Below, piece by piece: positions 45,907-54,859 of a stretch of 64,000 bases of DNA (the first letter of the stretch is position 1; each line of letters begins with the position of its first letter). This DNA is from a virus. The notes under the pieces are model-generated. The model searched no databases, had not been told where the DNA came from, and saw nothing but the letters and a program-made list of their open reading frames with translations. The stretch spans positions 97,937-161,936 of IMG/VR virus record IMGVR_UViG_3300047160_020099; one strand, 5' to 3'. Made by a program: the position numbers and the translations under genes.

Positions 45907-46782
45907 ATGCCTGTTACAGTATCGTCACCAATAAAGACTTCTGGTGGGAAGCATTACGTCGCCGATTGGATCATCTCGCTCCTGCCACCGCGAGACCGCT
46001 ACGATACTTTCATCGACGGGATGTGCAGGAGCTGTGCGGTGTTGCTAGCTCACGATCCAGCCAACAAGTCCGAGTTGGCCAACGACCGTGACCGCATCAT
46101 CAGCAACTTCTGGCGGGTCTTGCAGTGCCCGTATCTCTTCCCGCTCTTCAAGCGGCGTGTCGATGCCACCCCCTTTGGCTACGTCGAGTTCGACGAGGCC
46201 AGGGAGCGTGTCATGTACTGGGACCGCTCCTTCAGGGAGCACGCTACACTGCACCCGATCGACGTGGATCTGGCTGTGGCCTTCTTCATCCTGGCCAGGA
46301 TGAGTTTCGCCGGTAACAACAAGACCTTCACATCGATAACCACCAGCCGGCTACGCCGTGGCATGAACGCCGAAGTCTCTGCCTGGTTGACGAGTATTGC
46401 AATACTTCCAGCTGTTCATGCTCGTATGCAGCGTGTGCTGGTCCTCGACGAGGACATCAACGAACTGGTCCGCAAGTACGACAAACGTCGTGTGGTGTTG
46501 TATGCAGACCCGCCCTATCTGCTGAGCAAGGAAGAGGCCAGAGTTACGCCCGACCTGTACGGACACTTCGATTGGAACGAAGAGCAACACACAGCGTTCC
46601 TGCGGAACTGCCTGGCGACTGACAAGCTCTATCTCCTCGTCTCCGGCTACGAGACCGAGCTGTACAACGACACACTTCTGCCAGCCGGCTGGAAGCTCCA
46701 TAAGTCCACGCCTCAACCTTTGCACTCGGCCGGCGGCCTGCGTAAACGTCGCCAGGTGGAGTGCGTCTATACGAGTTACTGA
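45907..46782 (+). CDS. Dam-like N6-adenine DNA methyltransferase
   Basis: GGK, ELAND, NFWRVL, YADPPY and SGY motifs; GGAGG RBS before ATG 45907. Confidence 0.85.
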   Translation: MPVTVSSPIKTSGGKHYVADWIISLLPPRDRYDTFIDGMCRSCAVLLAHDPANKSELANDRDRIISNFWRVLQCPYLFPLFKRRVDATPFGYVEFDEARERVMYWDRSFREHATLHPIDVDLAVAFFILARMSFAGNNKTFTSITTSRLRRGMNAEVSAWLTSIAILPAVHARMQRVLVLDEDINELVRKYDKRRVVLYADPPYLLSKEEARVTPDLYGHFDWNEEQHTAFLRNCLATDKLYLLVSGYETELYNDTLLPAGWKLHKSTPQPLHSAGGLRKRRQVECVYTSY

Positions 46783-47066
46783 ACATGACCGAAGAAATGA
46801 GCTATCCACAGCACGCTCGGCTTGCTGAGGTGAAGGATGACTGCCAGGTCATTCGCGACTTTCTTGACTGGGTGCTACATGAAAGAGATGTCCGGTTTGT
46901 CTTGTGTCAACACGCACCGGGCAATACCGTTAGTCCCACCTATGTGCCTACAGTCGTTCCTGTCGAGGATCTGATTGCCGAATATTTCGGTATCGATCCC
47001 GTTGCCTATGGCAGGGAAATTAGTGAGATAGCATCACTCCACGGCGCGTTGACCAAGCGGCGATAA
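46761..47066 (+). CDS. hypothetical protein
   Basis: IRDFLDW...LIAEYFGID pattern. Confidence 0.55.
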   Translation: MRLYELLNMTEEMSYPQHARLAEVKDDCQVIRDFLDWVLHERDVRFVLCQHAPGNTVSPTYVPTVVPVEDLIAEYFGIDPVAYGREISEIASLHGALTKRR

Positions 47067-47067
47067 C

Positions 47068-47598
47068 ATGCGAGGTATCATGCCATACACAACAAAAGAG
47101 CTGACAGGCCGTCTTTGCGGTGGTGACAATTGCGGCAATGCCCGACTCGTGCTTCAGCACAAGACGGGCGTCTATCCGTGGAAGGTCGCCGGCAACGTAG
47201 TCAAGATCCGTGTCGAGAACGTACCAGTCGCGGTCTGCCCGAGGTGCAAGGAGATCTATCGCGGCACCGACACGGAACAGTATGAAAGAGACATCATTGG
47301 CAAGGCAGTTGACCAGCATTGGTACGAGCTGCTAGCCAAAGCTGGCGCCTCGCCGGCACATATGATCAAGCTCAAGATGGTGTTCCTGAAAGCCGTCGCC
47401 GAGTTTCCTCAGTTGCTGTCAGCCGCGGGTGAGCTTGGTCGCTGGCTGGCGACCAGACCCAAGAAAGAGGAGAGCGAGAATGGCCAAGCGGGGAGTGAAG
47501 AAGGTAGCCACCTGGCACTACACAAACAAGGAAACGGGAGCAACGTTAGAGGTGCCAGTCTTCATGGTAGACCAGGCAAAGGTCAGCGATCTTCCTGA
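47068..47598 (+). CDS. YgiT/MqsA-type zinc-finger protein
   Basis: C..CG...IRVENVPVAVCPRCKE. Confidence 0.6.
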   Translation: MRGIMPYTTKELTGRLCGGDNCGNARLVLQHKTGVYPWKVAGNVVKIRVENVPVAVCPRCKEIYRGTDTEQYERDIIGKAVDQHWYELLAKAGASPAHMIKLKMVFLKAVAEFPQLLSAAGELGRWLATRPKKEESENGQAGSEEGSHLALHKQGNGSNVRGASLHGRPGKGQRSS

Positions 47599-48244
47599 TC
47601 GTCGTGGTTGCTATTTCAAGGTGGAGTTGCCTGAGTACGACATCATGCTCGACAACACGGACGTCAATGCCTTGCAAGCAGAGACGTACAAACTGCTGGA
47701 TGAACGCCTGGCTGTGACATGGGACCCGTACCTGTACCTCACCATTTATGGCGAGACCAAAGCTGTGGTCCCCGAGGCAGGGCACAGGCAGCCGACAAGT
47801 ACCATGACGCTGTTGGCGGACTACGTGGAACTGGCCGGCACCAAGTGGCGGGGCCGTTCGGGCCGCTTCGGTCGGCACGTACACGATGAACTGCCGGAAA
47901 CAGGTGAGCGGCACCGCGGCTGGGTAGTCGGGGAGAAGGAAGTCCTATCACTGGTGCCCGATACGCCAGCCAATCGTGAGGCCGTCAACATCCTCTTCAG
48001 CGGCCTGAACGATCTCAAGGAAGCACTGCTGAAGGCCATGATGCCTGATCGCATCCAGTCGTTTCTGGATTTGCTGCGTGAGTCGAAGGGTTCGATCCTG
48101 AAGTTCGCTTTCGGAGAAGAAGATGAATGCGCTACTGCTGATCATGCGTCTGCTGCCAAAAATCCAAGGCGTCGGCGACCCCCTCCTGTTGCCGTCGGCC
48201 AAGGAGAGCGACAGGCGGCTGGCCGAGCTGACTGCGGAGGTTAA
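47480..48244 (+). CDS. hypothetical protein
   Basis: GAGGAG RBS before ATG 47480. Confidence 0.55.
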   Translation: MAKRGVKKVATWHYTNKETGATLEVPVFMVDQAKVSDLPDRRGCYFKVELPEYDIMLDNTDVNALQAETYKLLDERLAVTWDPYLYLTIYGETKAVVPEAGHRQPTSTMTLLADYVELAGTKWRGRSGRFGRHVHDELPETGERHRGWVVGEKEVLSLVPDTPANREAVNILFSGLNDLKEALLKAMMPDRIQSFLDLLRESKGSILKFAFGEEDECATADHASAAKNPRRRRPPPVAVGQGERQAAGRADCGG

Positions 48245-49694
48245 CAAGGCCCTGGCCGAAGGCTACGCCATCCGCGAGTTTCAGACTGTCGATCACGGGT
48301 CGCTAGTCGTGTACAGCTACTTGCTGGAGCGCAAGGGGCAAGTCCAGCCGTCCAAGCCACTCCAGCCGCCGGCCATCGATCCACCTATGCCTGGCACAAT
48401 GCCCAAGGCCGAGGAACCTGTCAAGCAACAGCCAGCCACAACGGCGGTGACCGAAGCTCCGTACGTGAAGGTCTTCGGTATCACCGAACAGGACGTCGAG
48501 CGGGTCTTGCGGGCCGGCGGTTCATGCGTTGTCCGCGGCTGCGAGATCCACCCGGGAGATGAGAAGTTTCAGGTCCACGTCGAGTGCGACGGGCCACAGA
48601 AGTTTCTCAACATCCACAACGCGCTGATATGGCTCTATCACAGCCACGTCCAGCCGCGGACAGCGCTGCCTGACGGGCTCAATCCGGAGGCGTACAAGAA
48701 AGACCTGGCGAGTGGCGGTCAAACCCACCTGCGCGGTTACCGCATCACCAGGCCGCTGCTCCCCACAGAGTCCGACGCATATGACCTGTTCAGCCCAGCT
48801 GGGAGACGCCTGCGAGTCTTCGGCCCGTTGACGGAAGCTCTCCAGTGGGTCGTCGAGCACCCACTGGAAGACGAGAAGAAAGCCGAAGCACCAGCTGCTA
48901 CTCAGTCAAAGAACATGCTGCGGTCAGTGCCGGAGTCGCTGCGACTCCAGGATGGATTGCGGCAGTTCCTGGCGCCGGGACTGCCTCGAAGCTGTATCCT
49001 GGGCGGACAGGTGGTCACACTTCATAATGCGCAGTGGAAGACAACGGACGGAAGTGGCTCGACCTGCTGCAACAACCTGCTGGACCTCTTGGAGCAGATT
49101 GAGAAAGATGCCGTGCCTCCGGCGGTCCGCGGCTTCGACGGCATTTCTCTCCAGGCCGTCAAGGAGACGCTCAAGACGAAGGGAAGCATCACACTGCGTG
49201 GCTACTGCCTGGAGAAGGCGTCCACCTTCGATCCTGACGAGCCAGTCTACGACCTGAGCTTTCGAGACAGCAAGATTCGCGTCTACGATGGCCTGGAAGC
49301 CGCAATGCACTGGCTCATCGACCATCCGGTCGAGCAGTTCTTCGTGCGAAGGAAGGAAAGTCTGGACAAGGAGAAGGAGAAGAAGGGGCAGACGGCTGCA
49401 CAGTCCACTTCGCCGTTCGTTGGCCTCACTCCGGTCGGCCTCATGGGCGAATACATCCACGCCGGCTTTGCCGATCGCAGGCAGGCTCTGGGTGCTGAGA
49501 TGTATCGCCGGAAGAACAACAGGCAAGCCATTGCTCCGCGACTGATGGATCTGCTCAACCATCTGTCTGGCATCAACGCGGCCTCCCCCATCTCTGCGTT
49601 CGTGGAGGCCACCGGGAAGTTCCTGACGGGAGTGGGCACCAGTACGTGGGACAAGGAACTTGCCGAGCTCTTGACGTCCGGCAAGTACATGTGA
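48123..49694 (+). CDS. hypothetical protein with three internal ~60-aa repeats
   Basis: Three copies of G(I/L)...G....RG......(L)..A..W...H. Confidence 0.65.
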   Translation: MNALLLIMRLLPKIQGVGDPLLLPSAKESDRRLAELTAEVNKALAEGYAIREFQTVDHGSLVVYSYLLERKGQVQPSKPLQPPAIDPPMPGTMPKAEEPVKQQPATTAVTEAPYVKVFGITEQDVERVLRAGGSCVVRGCEIHPGDEKFQVHVECDGPQKFLNIHNALIWLYHSHVQPRTALPDGLNPEAYKKDLASGGQTHLRGYRITRPLLPTESDAYDLFSPAGRRLRVFGPLTEALQWVVEHPLEDEKKAEAPAATQSKNMLRSVPESLRLQDGLRQFLAPGLPRSCILGGQVVTLHNAQWKTTDGSGSTCCNNLLDLLEQIEKDAVPPAVRGFDGISLQAVKETLKTKGSITLRGYCLEKASTFDPDEPVYDLSFRDSKIRVYDGLEAAMHWLIDHPVEQFFVRRKESLDKEKEKKGQTAAQSTSPFVGLTPVGLMGEYIHAGFADRRQALGAEMYRRKNNRQAIAPRLMDLLNHLSGINAASPISAFVEATGKFLTGVGTSTWDKELAELLTSGKYM

Positions 49695-49776
49695 TACGCT
49701 GCCGTCAGATGGACGGGTCATTGGGGCCCTGCCGGTATCCCACGGCCGGCAGGGCCCTCGTCCCTTATGGTGAGTC

Positions 49777-50520
49777 ATGCCGCTGCCAGCAAAAGAAGGT
49801 GTCACGGAAAAGGTCCTGGACCCGCAAGACGGCTTGCCGTATCACATGCTGCGGCTGTCCAAGGCAACCAGTCTGAAAGACCTGTCCGGCGACTACTCCT
49901 TCTTTACCCTGGCCCTCCTGTATACACACGGCGAATGGACGAGTGACCCGCTCCAGGACTACGTGCGTACACATCCGAAATGCACTCCGTTCGTGATCAC
50001 CCTGCCCAGACCAGCCTTTAGTGGCCTGTCACTTCCAAGCGACGACTCCTGGAACTACAAGGTCTTTGGCTGTTACCAGGAAGACTGGCCAGACCTCTTC
50101 AACTTCCTGGGAAGCCTGGGCGGCGTGGACTACCACAAGAAGCGTTACCACCGCATGCTGGCACAACGCCTACCGTTGATAGACTTGCTGGCACTGGAAC
50201 GCTTATCCTGCCTGCCATCGCCATTACCAACCGTCGATCTCATCTCTTTCGGCATCGACGGGAACCGACACAAGGTCGGACTTGAGCCGGCCAAGCATCC
50301 ACCCCTCGATCGAATCACTGTCATCTCCCTACCACCTGACGAACAAACCATCCGCTTGGCGAGGGCGGTCCTTGCTCGCCAGGAGAAACCCTTCCGGGCT
50401 ATACAGCCGGGAATTACGGAAGCCTACGCCCAGCTGCTTGACAACGTGTCTCAGGGACGCAAAGAACCAGTACCGGAGTCCAACAATGGAATTGAGGATC
50501 CACCTTCCAAGGCCGACTGA
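49777..50520 (+). CDS. hypothetical protein
   Basis: 247-aa ORF. Confidence 0.6.
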   Translation: MPLPAKEGVTEKVLDPQDGLPYHMLRLSKATSLKDLSGDYSFFTLALLYTHGEWTSDPLQDYVRTHPKCTPFVITLPRPAFSGLSLPSDDSWNYKVFGCYQEDWPDLFNFLGSLGGVDYHKKRYHRMLAQRLPLIDLLALERLSCLPSPLPTVDLISFGIDGNRHKVGLEPAKHPPLDRITVISLPPDEQTIRLARAVLARQEKPFRAIQPGITEAYAQLLDNVSQGRKEPVPESNNGIEDPPSKAD

Positions 50521-50773
50521 GGCTGCTTGCAAGCACGACGCGCGTGAAGCCACGCTGGTTATCGAGCCAGTCTTCACAAGGAAGATGATCTACAAGGATC
50601 TGCTCTTCATCGAAGTGAGCGGTGACAAGGGCCGCCAGCGACGCTTCGTGCTGGCTGTGCATTCTCGCTCCGGCAAGGTAGCCATTGAAGAGATCGTGCC
50701 GGTGAAACCGGAGTTCGACACGACGACGGCTGTGGAAGCGGCCGAGGAAAAGGAGACAGAGGATGTCGGCTGA
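50486..50773 (+). CDS. hypothetical protein
   Basis: GGAG RBS before ATG 50486. Confidence 0.5.
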   Translation: MELRIHLPRPTEAACKHDAREATLVIEPVFTRKMIYKDLLFIEVSGDKGRQRRFVLAVHSRSGKVAIEEIVPVKPEFDTTTAVEAAEEKETEDVG

Positions 50774-51248
50774 ATCTTTGCACATGGAGACGGGGCTCCC
50801 ACCGTTTCTCCCACTGTCACCACCGGCTCAGCCTGTTGCTCAGCATACGTACCACGTAGTCTTGCTGCGGGACAACAAGCAGCCCGAGTACCACGAGTAC
50901 CAGACTCGCGAAGCGTTGCTGGTCGCCCTGCGTCTCTTGCGCCCAGAGAAAAGACTCGCCGAGCGGATCAGGATCTGGGTGTTCAAGGGCCTTCGGCTGC
51001 AGACCACCAAGCCACCCTTCCCCTATTTGCTGGAGCCGGGAGCGATGCCGGCTCCATTGTTCATCGTTCCTGATGCTGGCATTGTCGATGAGGAAGGGAC
51101 CTTCTTCGATGACGAGGAATTCCCCGACAGGTCAGCCACTTACGAGGCGGCGACCAAGGAAGCGATGGAACAAGAGCAGTCTCGTCGTCAGACAGAGGCC
51201 GAGGAGACGCCGCTAGGCGACGATCCGGACGCAAAACAAGAGAGCTAA
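50763..51248 (+). CDS. hypothetical protein with acidic tail
   Basis: AGGAG RBS. Confidence 0.6.
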   Translation: MSAESLHMETGLPPFLPLSPPAQPVAQHTYHVVLLRDNKQPEYHEYQTREALLVALRLLRPEKRLAERIRIWVFKGLRLQTTKPPFPYLLEPGAMPAPLFIVPDAGIVDEEGTFFDDEEFPDRSATYEAATKEAMEQEQSRRQTEAEETPLGDDPDAKQES

Positions 51249-51518
51249 AAAAGCTCAAATATTGCGTCATCATTTACTGCATCCTGTGTAGGCCTGCGGC
51301 GTCCGCAGGCCTAACTTATTTCCTAGTCCCAATGGAGGGAGCGGAGATGAGTCGTAACGAGAAGCGGAACAACTCATCCACGGCGGGCGAGTTGTTGGGC
51401 ACAGGGATTGGTATGGCAGCTGCCGTCGGTGTCGTGACCGGCTGGTGGGCACCGTTTTTCTGGTCCCTGATCATCCCGGTCGCGCTGGCCGGGCTCTGGC
51501 CGGACAGGTCAGACTGAG

Positions 51519-51752
51519 GTGGCCTCTCGGCGCCTGAAGGTACCAACCCGACATGTAAGTGTCACCCTACAGGATGACGGGGTTAGTACCAAAACGGACG
51601 TGGCCAACTTCACCGGAAGGAAGGTGAAGTGGGCCAGACCACGAAACGGGCAGATGGTGGCTATGATCCACGGGGCCCAAAGCGGGTCCCGCGGACTTAT
51701 CCTGCTATTTGAAAGTGAGCAGGATTATTTAGCGAGCACCGAACTCACGTAA
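51519..51752 (+). CDS. hypothetical protein
   Basis: 77-aa ORF. Confidence 0.4.
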   Translation: MASRRLKVPTRHVSVTLQDDGVSTKTDVANFTGRKVKWARPRNGQMVAMIHGAQSGSRGLILLFESEQDYLASTELT

Positions 51753-51769
51753 TCGGAGGGAGAACAACA

Positions 51770-53302
51770 ATGACTCTTGAGAGAGTTGCCGAGCTCTTCG
51801 AGCAGGAAGAGCTCAAGAGGCAGCAGGCCCAGGAGAATTTGGCTCCGGAGGCGGCTATCGAGGAGACCGCTCCGGGCGAGCTGAAGCCGAGTATTGAAAT
51901 ACTGGCTGCCGCCACGAAGGCAGGCAACCCGTGGCCGTCGGCCACGCAGGAGCTGTTTACGGCGTTGAGACCCGGGAAGATTCTCGGGTTGTTCCGCCAG
52001 TTTCGGCTCCGCACTCAACTTTACATACGCGATCAAAACCTTGGAATCGCCGGCAAGCTTCCCGACCTGGAGCAGCTACTCCGGCAACAGCAGCCTCACA
52101 ATGGTCGGCTGCTTCATCCCGAGCTCCCTCCTGCCCGGCTTGTGCAGTCGCTCAGGTGCCAGTTCGGCCTGTTCCTTTCGGAGTTCGACGACCTGGCCAT
52201 TTGCCGCCGGCTGGAGCATATCTACCAGGTCCAGGCACAGCCGTCTTCGGTCAGGACTCGTATGGGACGCTATTACGCGGTCACGTTCATGCCAGCGGAG
52301 GGGCAATTCCGCGTCGAGAACGTGTCGAAGGCCGGCCGGGAAATCCCGATGGCGATCTTGCCGCTGGAGGACTTGCGGACTCTGGTCCTGTTAACACGCT
52401 CCCACCAGCTGAAGTGCGGTCGCGTCATCGAGATGTTCGACGTCCGGTCGTTCAAGACCGAGCTCGACGCGGCTTCCGGCATGGTGCGTGTCGGCGGTGA
52501 AAACGACGAGGGCTACAGCCGTTGTTGCCTGGCGAAGTACTTCAACTACACGCCCATGCAGGACAACGATGGCCGCCTTCTGGAGCCAACGGATGGTTCG
52601 ATCATCGCCGCAGCGCTGGCGCTGCACCGCGGCATCGAAAGGGTGATCCTCCGCGGCGCCACGTCGGTCCCGTACCCCGACTTCCCCAGCATCTATCTCG
52701 GCTTCGATGCTGAGGACAGCATCGACTTCGAGGTGACGCCGTCGCTGGAGGAGAACGCGTACTACGCGGTGCTGGACTGGTTCAGATCCGGCAAGCGGAT
52801 CCCAAACTGGCTGGGCCTGAACAGGTACCCGACGTTGCAGAGGCAACTCTGCAACAAGCTGCGTTACGCCGGCCGGTCGTGGCCTGACGTGGCCCGACAA
52901 CTGGGCGACGAAGACGCACGGCTTCTGCTGATGCAGGTATGGCTGGGCAGCGAACTCAGCTACAACGGACTGCACCTGATGCCGCTGGAATTCTTCAAGG
53001 GCTACAGCGAGCAGAAGCCCGTCGAGAAGGCCAAAGCCGTCTTCGCACAGCTGGCCATCCGGCAGCTGGGCCGGGATGAGCTGGAGGTCAAACAGGAAGT
53101 TCTGCAGGACGCGTCGGGAACCGAGCTTCGCAAGGTCCAGGTAGTGCCGCGGCTGGACAAGACCATGGCCAAGGTCCAGGTCATGCGGCGGTCCTGGGGT
53201 GCTGCCCCGAAGGACGTGGAGGGGCCATACGACTTCGACTTCACGACCGTGCCGACTGGCCTGGAGCAGGAGTTCCGGGAAGTCACGCGCGGTGACCTGT
53301 GA
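51770..53302 (+). CDS. hypothetical protein
   Basis: GGAGG RBS; 510 aa; strong codon bias; directly upstream of the RNA array. Confidence 0.75.
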   Translation: MTLERVAELFEQEELKRQQAQENLAPEAAIEETAPGELKPSIEILAAATKAGNPWPSATQELFTALRPGKILGLFRQFRLRTQLYIRDQNLGIAGKLPDLEQLLRQQQPHNGRLLHPELPPARLVQSLRCQFGLFLSEFDDLAICRRLEHIYQVQAQPSSVRTRMGRYYAVTFMPAEGQFRVENVSKAGREIPMAILPLEDLRTLVLLTRSHQLKCGRVIEMFDVRSFKTELDAASGMVRVGGENDEGYSRCCLAKYFNYTPMQDNDGRLLEPTDGSIIAAALALHRGIERVILRGATSVPYPDFPSIYLGFDAEDSIDFEVTPSLEENAYYAVLDWFRSGKRIPNWLGLNRYPTLQRQLCNKLRYAGRSWPDVARQLGDEDARLLLMQVWLGSELSYNGLHLMPLEFFKGYSEQKPVEKAKAVFAQLAIRQLGRDELEVKQEVLQDASGTELRKVQVVPRLDKTMAKVQVMRRSWGAAPKDVEGPYDFDFTTVPTGLEQEFREVTRGDL

Positions 53303-53331
53303 TTGCAAATCCGGCCGCCCGGTGGTACAAC
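53303..53331 (+). promoter_or_regulatory. possible sigma70-type promoter for the RNA array
   Basis: TTGCAA, 17-nt spacer, then TACAAC with a TG extension; the -10 is imperfect and lies within a hairpin. Confidence 0.3.
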
Positions 53332-53349
53332 TACTGGGCGGCCACGAAT

Positions 53350-53467
53350 AAGCCTGACTGCCGTCGTGGAGTACATCTTTGATGTTCTCAGTTCGACTCT
53401 GAGGCTCCCCTTCAATGGGGAGCTTGGGCAACGGTAAGCCCGCCTCTATGACACCTTCGTCAGGCTT
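53350..53467 (+). ncRNA. Y-RNA-like unit 1 (T-arm / closed acceptor stem / D-arm tRNA mimic, YrlA-like)
   Basis: AAGCCTGAC/GTCAGGCTT and GTCGTGGAG/CTCTATGAC stems; CTCAG-TTCGACT-CTGAG; GCTCCCC/GGGGAGC; GGGC-AACGGTAA-GCCC. Confidence 0.8.
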
Positions 53468-53499
53468 TTTGAATTTCAGCCCGGTCCACTCGACAGCAT

Positions 53500-53679
53500 G
53501 GCCGACTGCGGGGAAGGCTTCAAGGACCAAAGGGGTCCCTGGTCTTCGAGCTGACTACATGACAACCTGGCCCCCAAAGGAGCTGCATAACGCCGCGAGC
53601 ACTGTGGAGCGGCAGCTCATTTCCTGCTGGAACAGGGGAGGGGCCCTGTCCGAAACGTCGGCACCCAATCTCGTTGGCC
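53500..53679 (+). ncRNA. Y-RNA-like unit 2 (large multi-helix cargo)
   Basis: GGCCGAC-TG ... TC-GTTGGCC; GCTGAC/GTCGGC followed by TACAT. Confidence 0.6.
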
Positions 53680-53690
53680 TTGTTCATACC

Positions 53691-53759
53691 GCCCGACTGT
53701 CAGACCGCGGACTACATCGCTTGAAACGGTAAATGTCTCGGTCGCTTCTCTCGTCGGGC
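53691..53759 (+). ncRNA. Y-RNA-like unit 3 (minimal)
   Basis: GCCCGAC-TG ... GGACTACATC ... TC-GTCGGGC. Confidence 0.7.
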
Positions 53760-53766
53760 TTTCTTA

Positions 53767-53835
53767 TCGCCGGAGTGCTAGGGCACCGCCGAGTCTTTGA
53801 AACTCGGTTGTCGAGTGCGATCCTCGATCTGGCAA
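53767..53835 (+). tRNA. degenerate tRNA-Gln(TTG)-like element
   Basis: Cloverleaf with CGAGT-CTTTGAA-ACTCG anticodon arm; atypical T-loop TGCGATC and short D-loop. Confidence 0.45.
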
Positions 53836-53858
53836 TCGGTGTCATGTAACTGTGGGAG

Positions 53859-54053
53859 GTGTTGGTGGACGAAATCACTTACGAAGCAGCGCTCGCGAAG
53901 TGCGTCAAGCGATTCGGCAAGGGTGTTTTGCTACGGTACCAGCGCTACAACTTGCCGACACTCGACGAGTGGGTGGACATGTATTACTGCGAGCTCAACG
54001 GAGTCATCAAGGCCGTCGGCTGCAGCTGGTCACAGCTGGTCGATGGTCTGTGA
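53859..54053 (+). CDS. small hypothetical protein inside the RNA array
   Basis: GGGAGGT RBS; ~63 aa. Confidence 0.55.
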   Translation: MLVDEITYEAALAKCVKRFGKGVLLRYQRYNLPTLDEWVDMYYCELNGVIKAVGCSWSQLVDGL

Positions 54054-54059
54054 GGGAAC

Positions 54060-54129
54060 AGCCTGACTGCTTGGTGGCGGAGTACATCCTTTCCTGATGA
54101 ACCCTCTGCTGCTGATTTCTCGTCAGGCT
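54060..54129 (+). ncRNA. Y-RNA-like unit 4 (minimal)
   Basis: AGCCTGAC-TG ... GGAGTACATC ... TC-GTCAGGCT. Confidence 0.72.
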
Positions 54130-54140
54130 TCAAACAACGT

Positions 54141-54242
54141 ATGGCTGGTTCGGTTGCAAGTGCGTACGATTGTGGCCGACAAGATGTGGGCCGGGTTCAA
54201 CTCCCGGCAGGTGGTGTAGCGGTAGCATAACACACCAGCCAT
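54141..54242 (+). ncRNA. tRNA-elbow mimic (T-arm plus D-arm) on a different terminal stem
   Basis: ATGGCTGGT/ACCAGCCAT stem; GCCGGG-TTCAACT-CCCGGC followed by GTG-TAGCGGTAG-CAT. Confidence 0.5.
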
Positions 54243-54334
54243 TCGTATCGCGGGTAAGCCGGTCTTTCATCCTTTCACCGGCTCTATCCGCCGGCCGCGG
54301 CAGGTCTTACCCCCGTCGATCTGCCGTGGCCTTC

Positions 54335-54415
54335 AGCGAGCGTAGTGTTGTAACGGCAGCACGCTGGGCCCTGGCCAGGACCCGGAAGTAGGGGTTCGAA
54401 TCCCTTAGCTCGCTA
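54335..54415 (+). tRNA. tRNA-like element with no normal anticodon loop
   Basis: AGCGAGC/GCTCGCT, D-arm and AGGGG-TTCGAAT-CCCTT; anticodon loop replaced by 12 nt containing the palindrome CCTGGCCAGG. Confidence 0.55.
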
Positions 54416-54416
54416 T

Positions 54417-54551
54417 AGACCCAACTGCCTTGGTTGGAGTACATCCCTGCGGAGGATGTAGTGTCGGTTCGACTCCGACCCCTCCCTATACGTGGGAGGG
54501 TAGTGTAACGGTAGCACGCAAAACTACTCTGGCCGCTTCTTCGTTGGGTCT
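54417..54551 (+). ncRNA. Y-RNA-like unit 5 (complete permuted tRNA, GCG anticodon loop)
   Basis: AGACCCAAC/GTTGGGTCT; CATCC-CTGCGGA-GGATG; GTCGG-TTCGACT-CCGAC; CCCTCCC/GGGAGGG; GTG-TAACGGTAG-CAC. Confidence 0.82.
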
Positions 54552-54566
54552 TTGAACACTGGGGAA

Positions 54567-54630
54567 TTTTCCGACTGAGATCTGGGACTACATCCGAAAC
54601 AGCGGTCTCAGACAATCCTTCGTCGGAAAA
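54567..54630 (+). ncRNA. Y-RNA-like unit 6 (minimal)
   Basis: TTTTCCGAC-TG ... GGACTACATC ... TTC-GTCGGAAAA. Confidence 0.7.
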
Positions 54631-54636
54631 GCTTAC

Positions 54637-54778
54637 AGCCCGGCTGACAGATTGGAGTACATCTTCAACCCGCTAACAGGGGTTCGATTCCCTTACTGCC
54701 CAGAAACGGGCGGTTCGTCTAGTGGTAGGACTGCGGGCGCCGCAAGGCATGAACTCTGGTCGCTAACTTCGCCGGGCT
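54637..54778 (+). ncRNA. Y-RNA-like unit 7 (YrlA-type permutation opened at the anticodon loop)
   Basis: AGCCCGGC/GCCGGGCT; GGAGTACATC; CCCGC/GCGGG; AGGGG-TTCGATT-CCCTT; ACTGCCC/GGGCGGT; GTC-TAGTGGTAG-GAC. Confidence 0.82.
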
Positions 54779-54786
54779 TTCTTTTT

Positions 54787-54858
54787 CAGAAGGTGGGACA
54801 GCGGTCGTCCGCCAGCTTTGGGAGCTGGAGCAGGTGGGTTCGACTCCCACCCTTCTGA
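54787..54858 (+). tRNA. tRNA-Pro(TGG)
   Basis: Canonical cloverleaf: CAGAAGG/CCTTCTG, GGAC/GTCC, CCAGC-TTTGGGA-GCTGG, GTGGG-TTCGACT-CCCAC; C1-G72 and A73; CCA not encoded. Confidence 0.9.
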
Positions 54859-54859
54859 T

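Noticed and set aside
54257-54331. Two extra hairpins between array units as a tenth Y-like unit
   Set aside because: They lack the ACTG, TACATC and TTCG scaffold elements.
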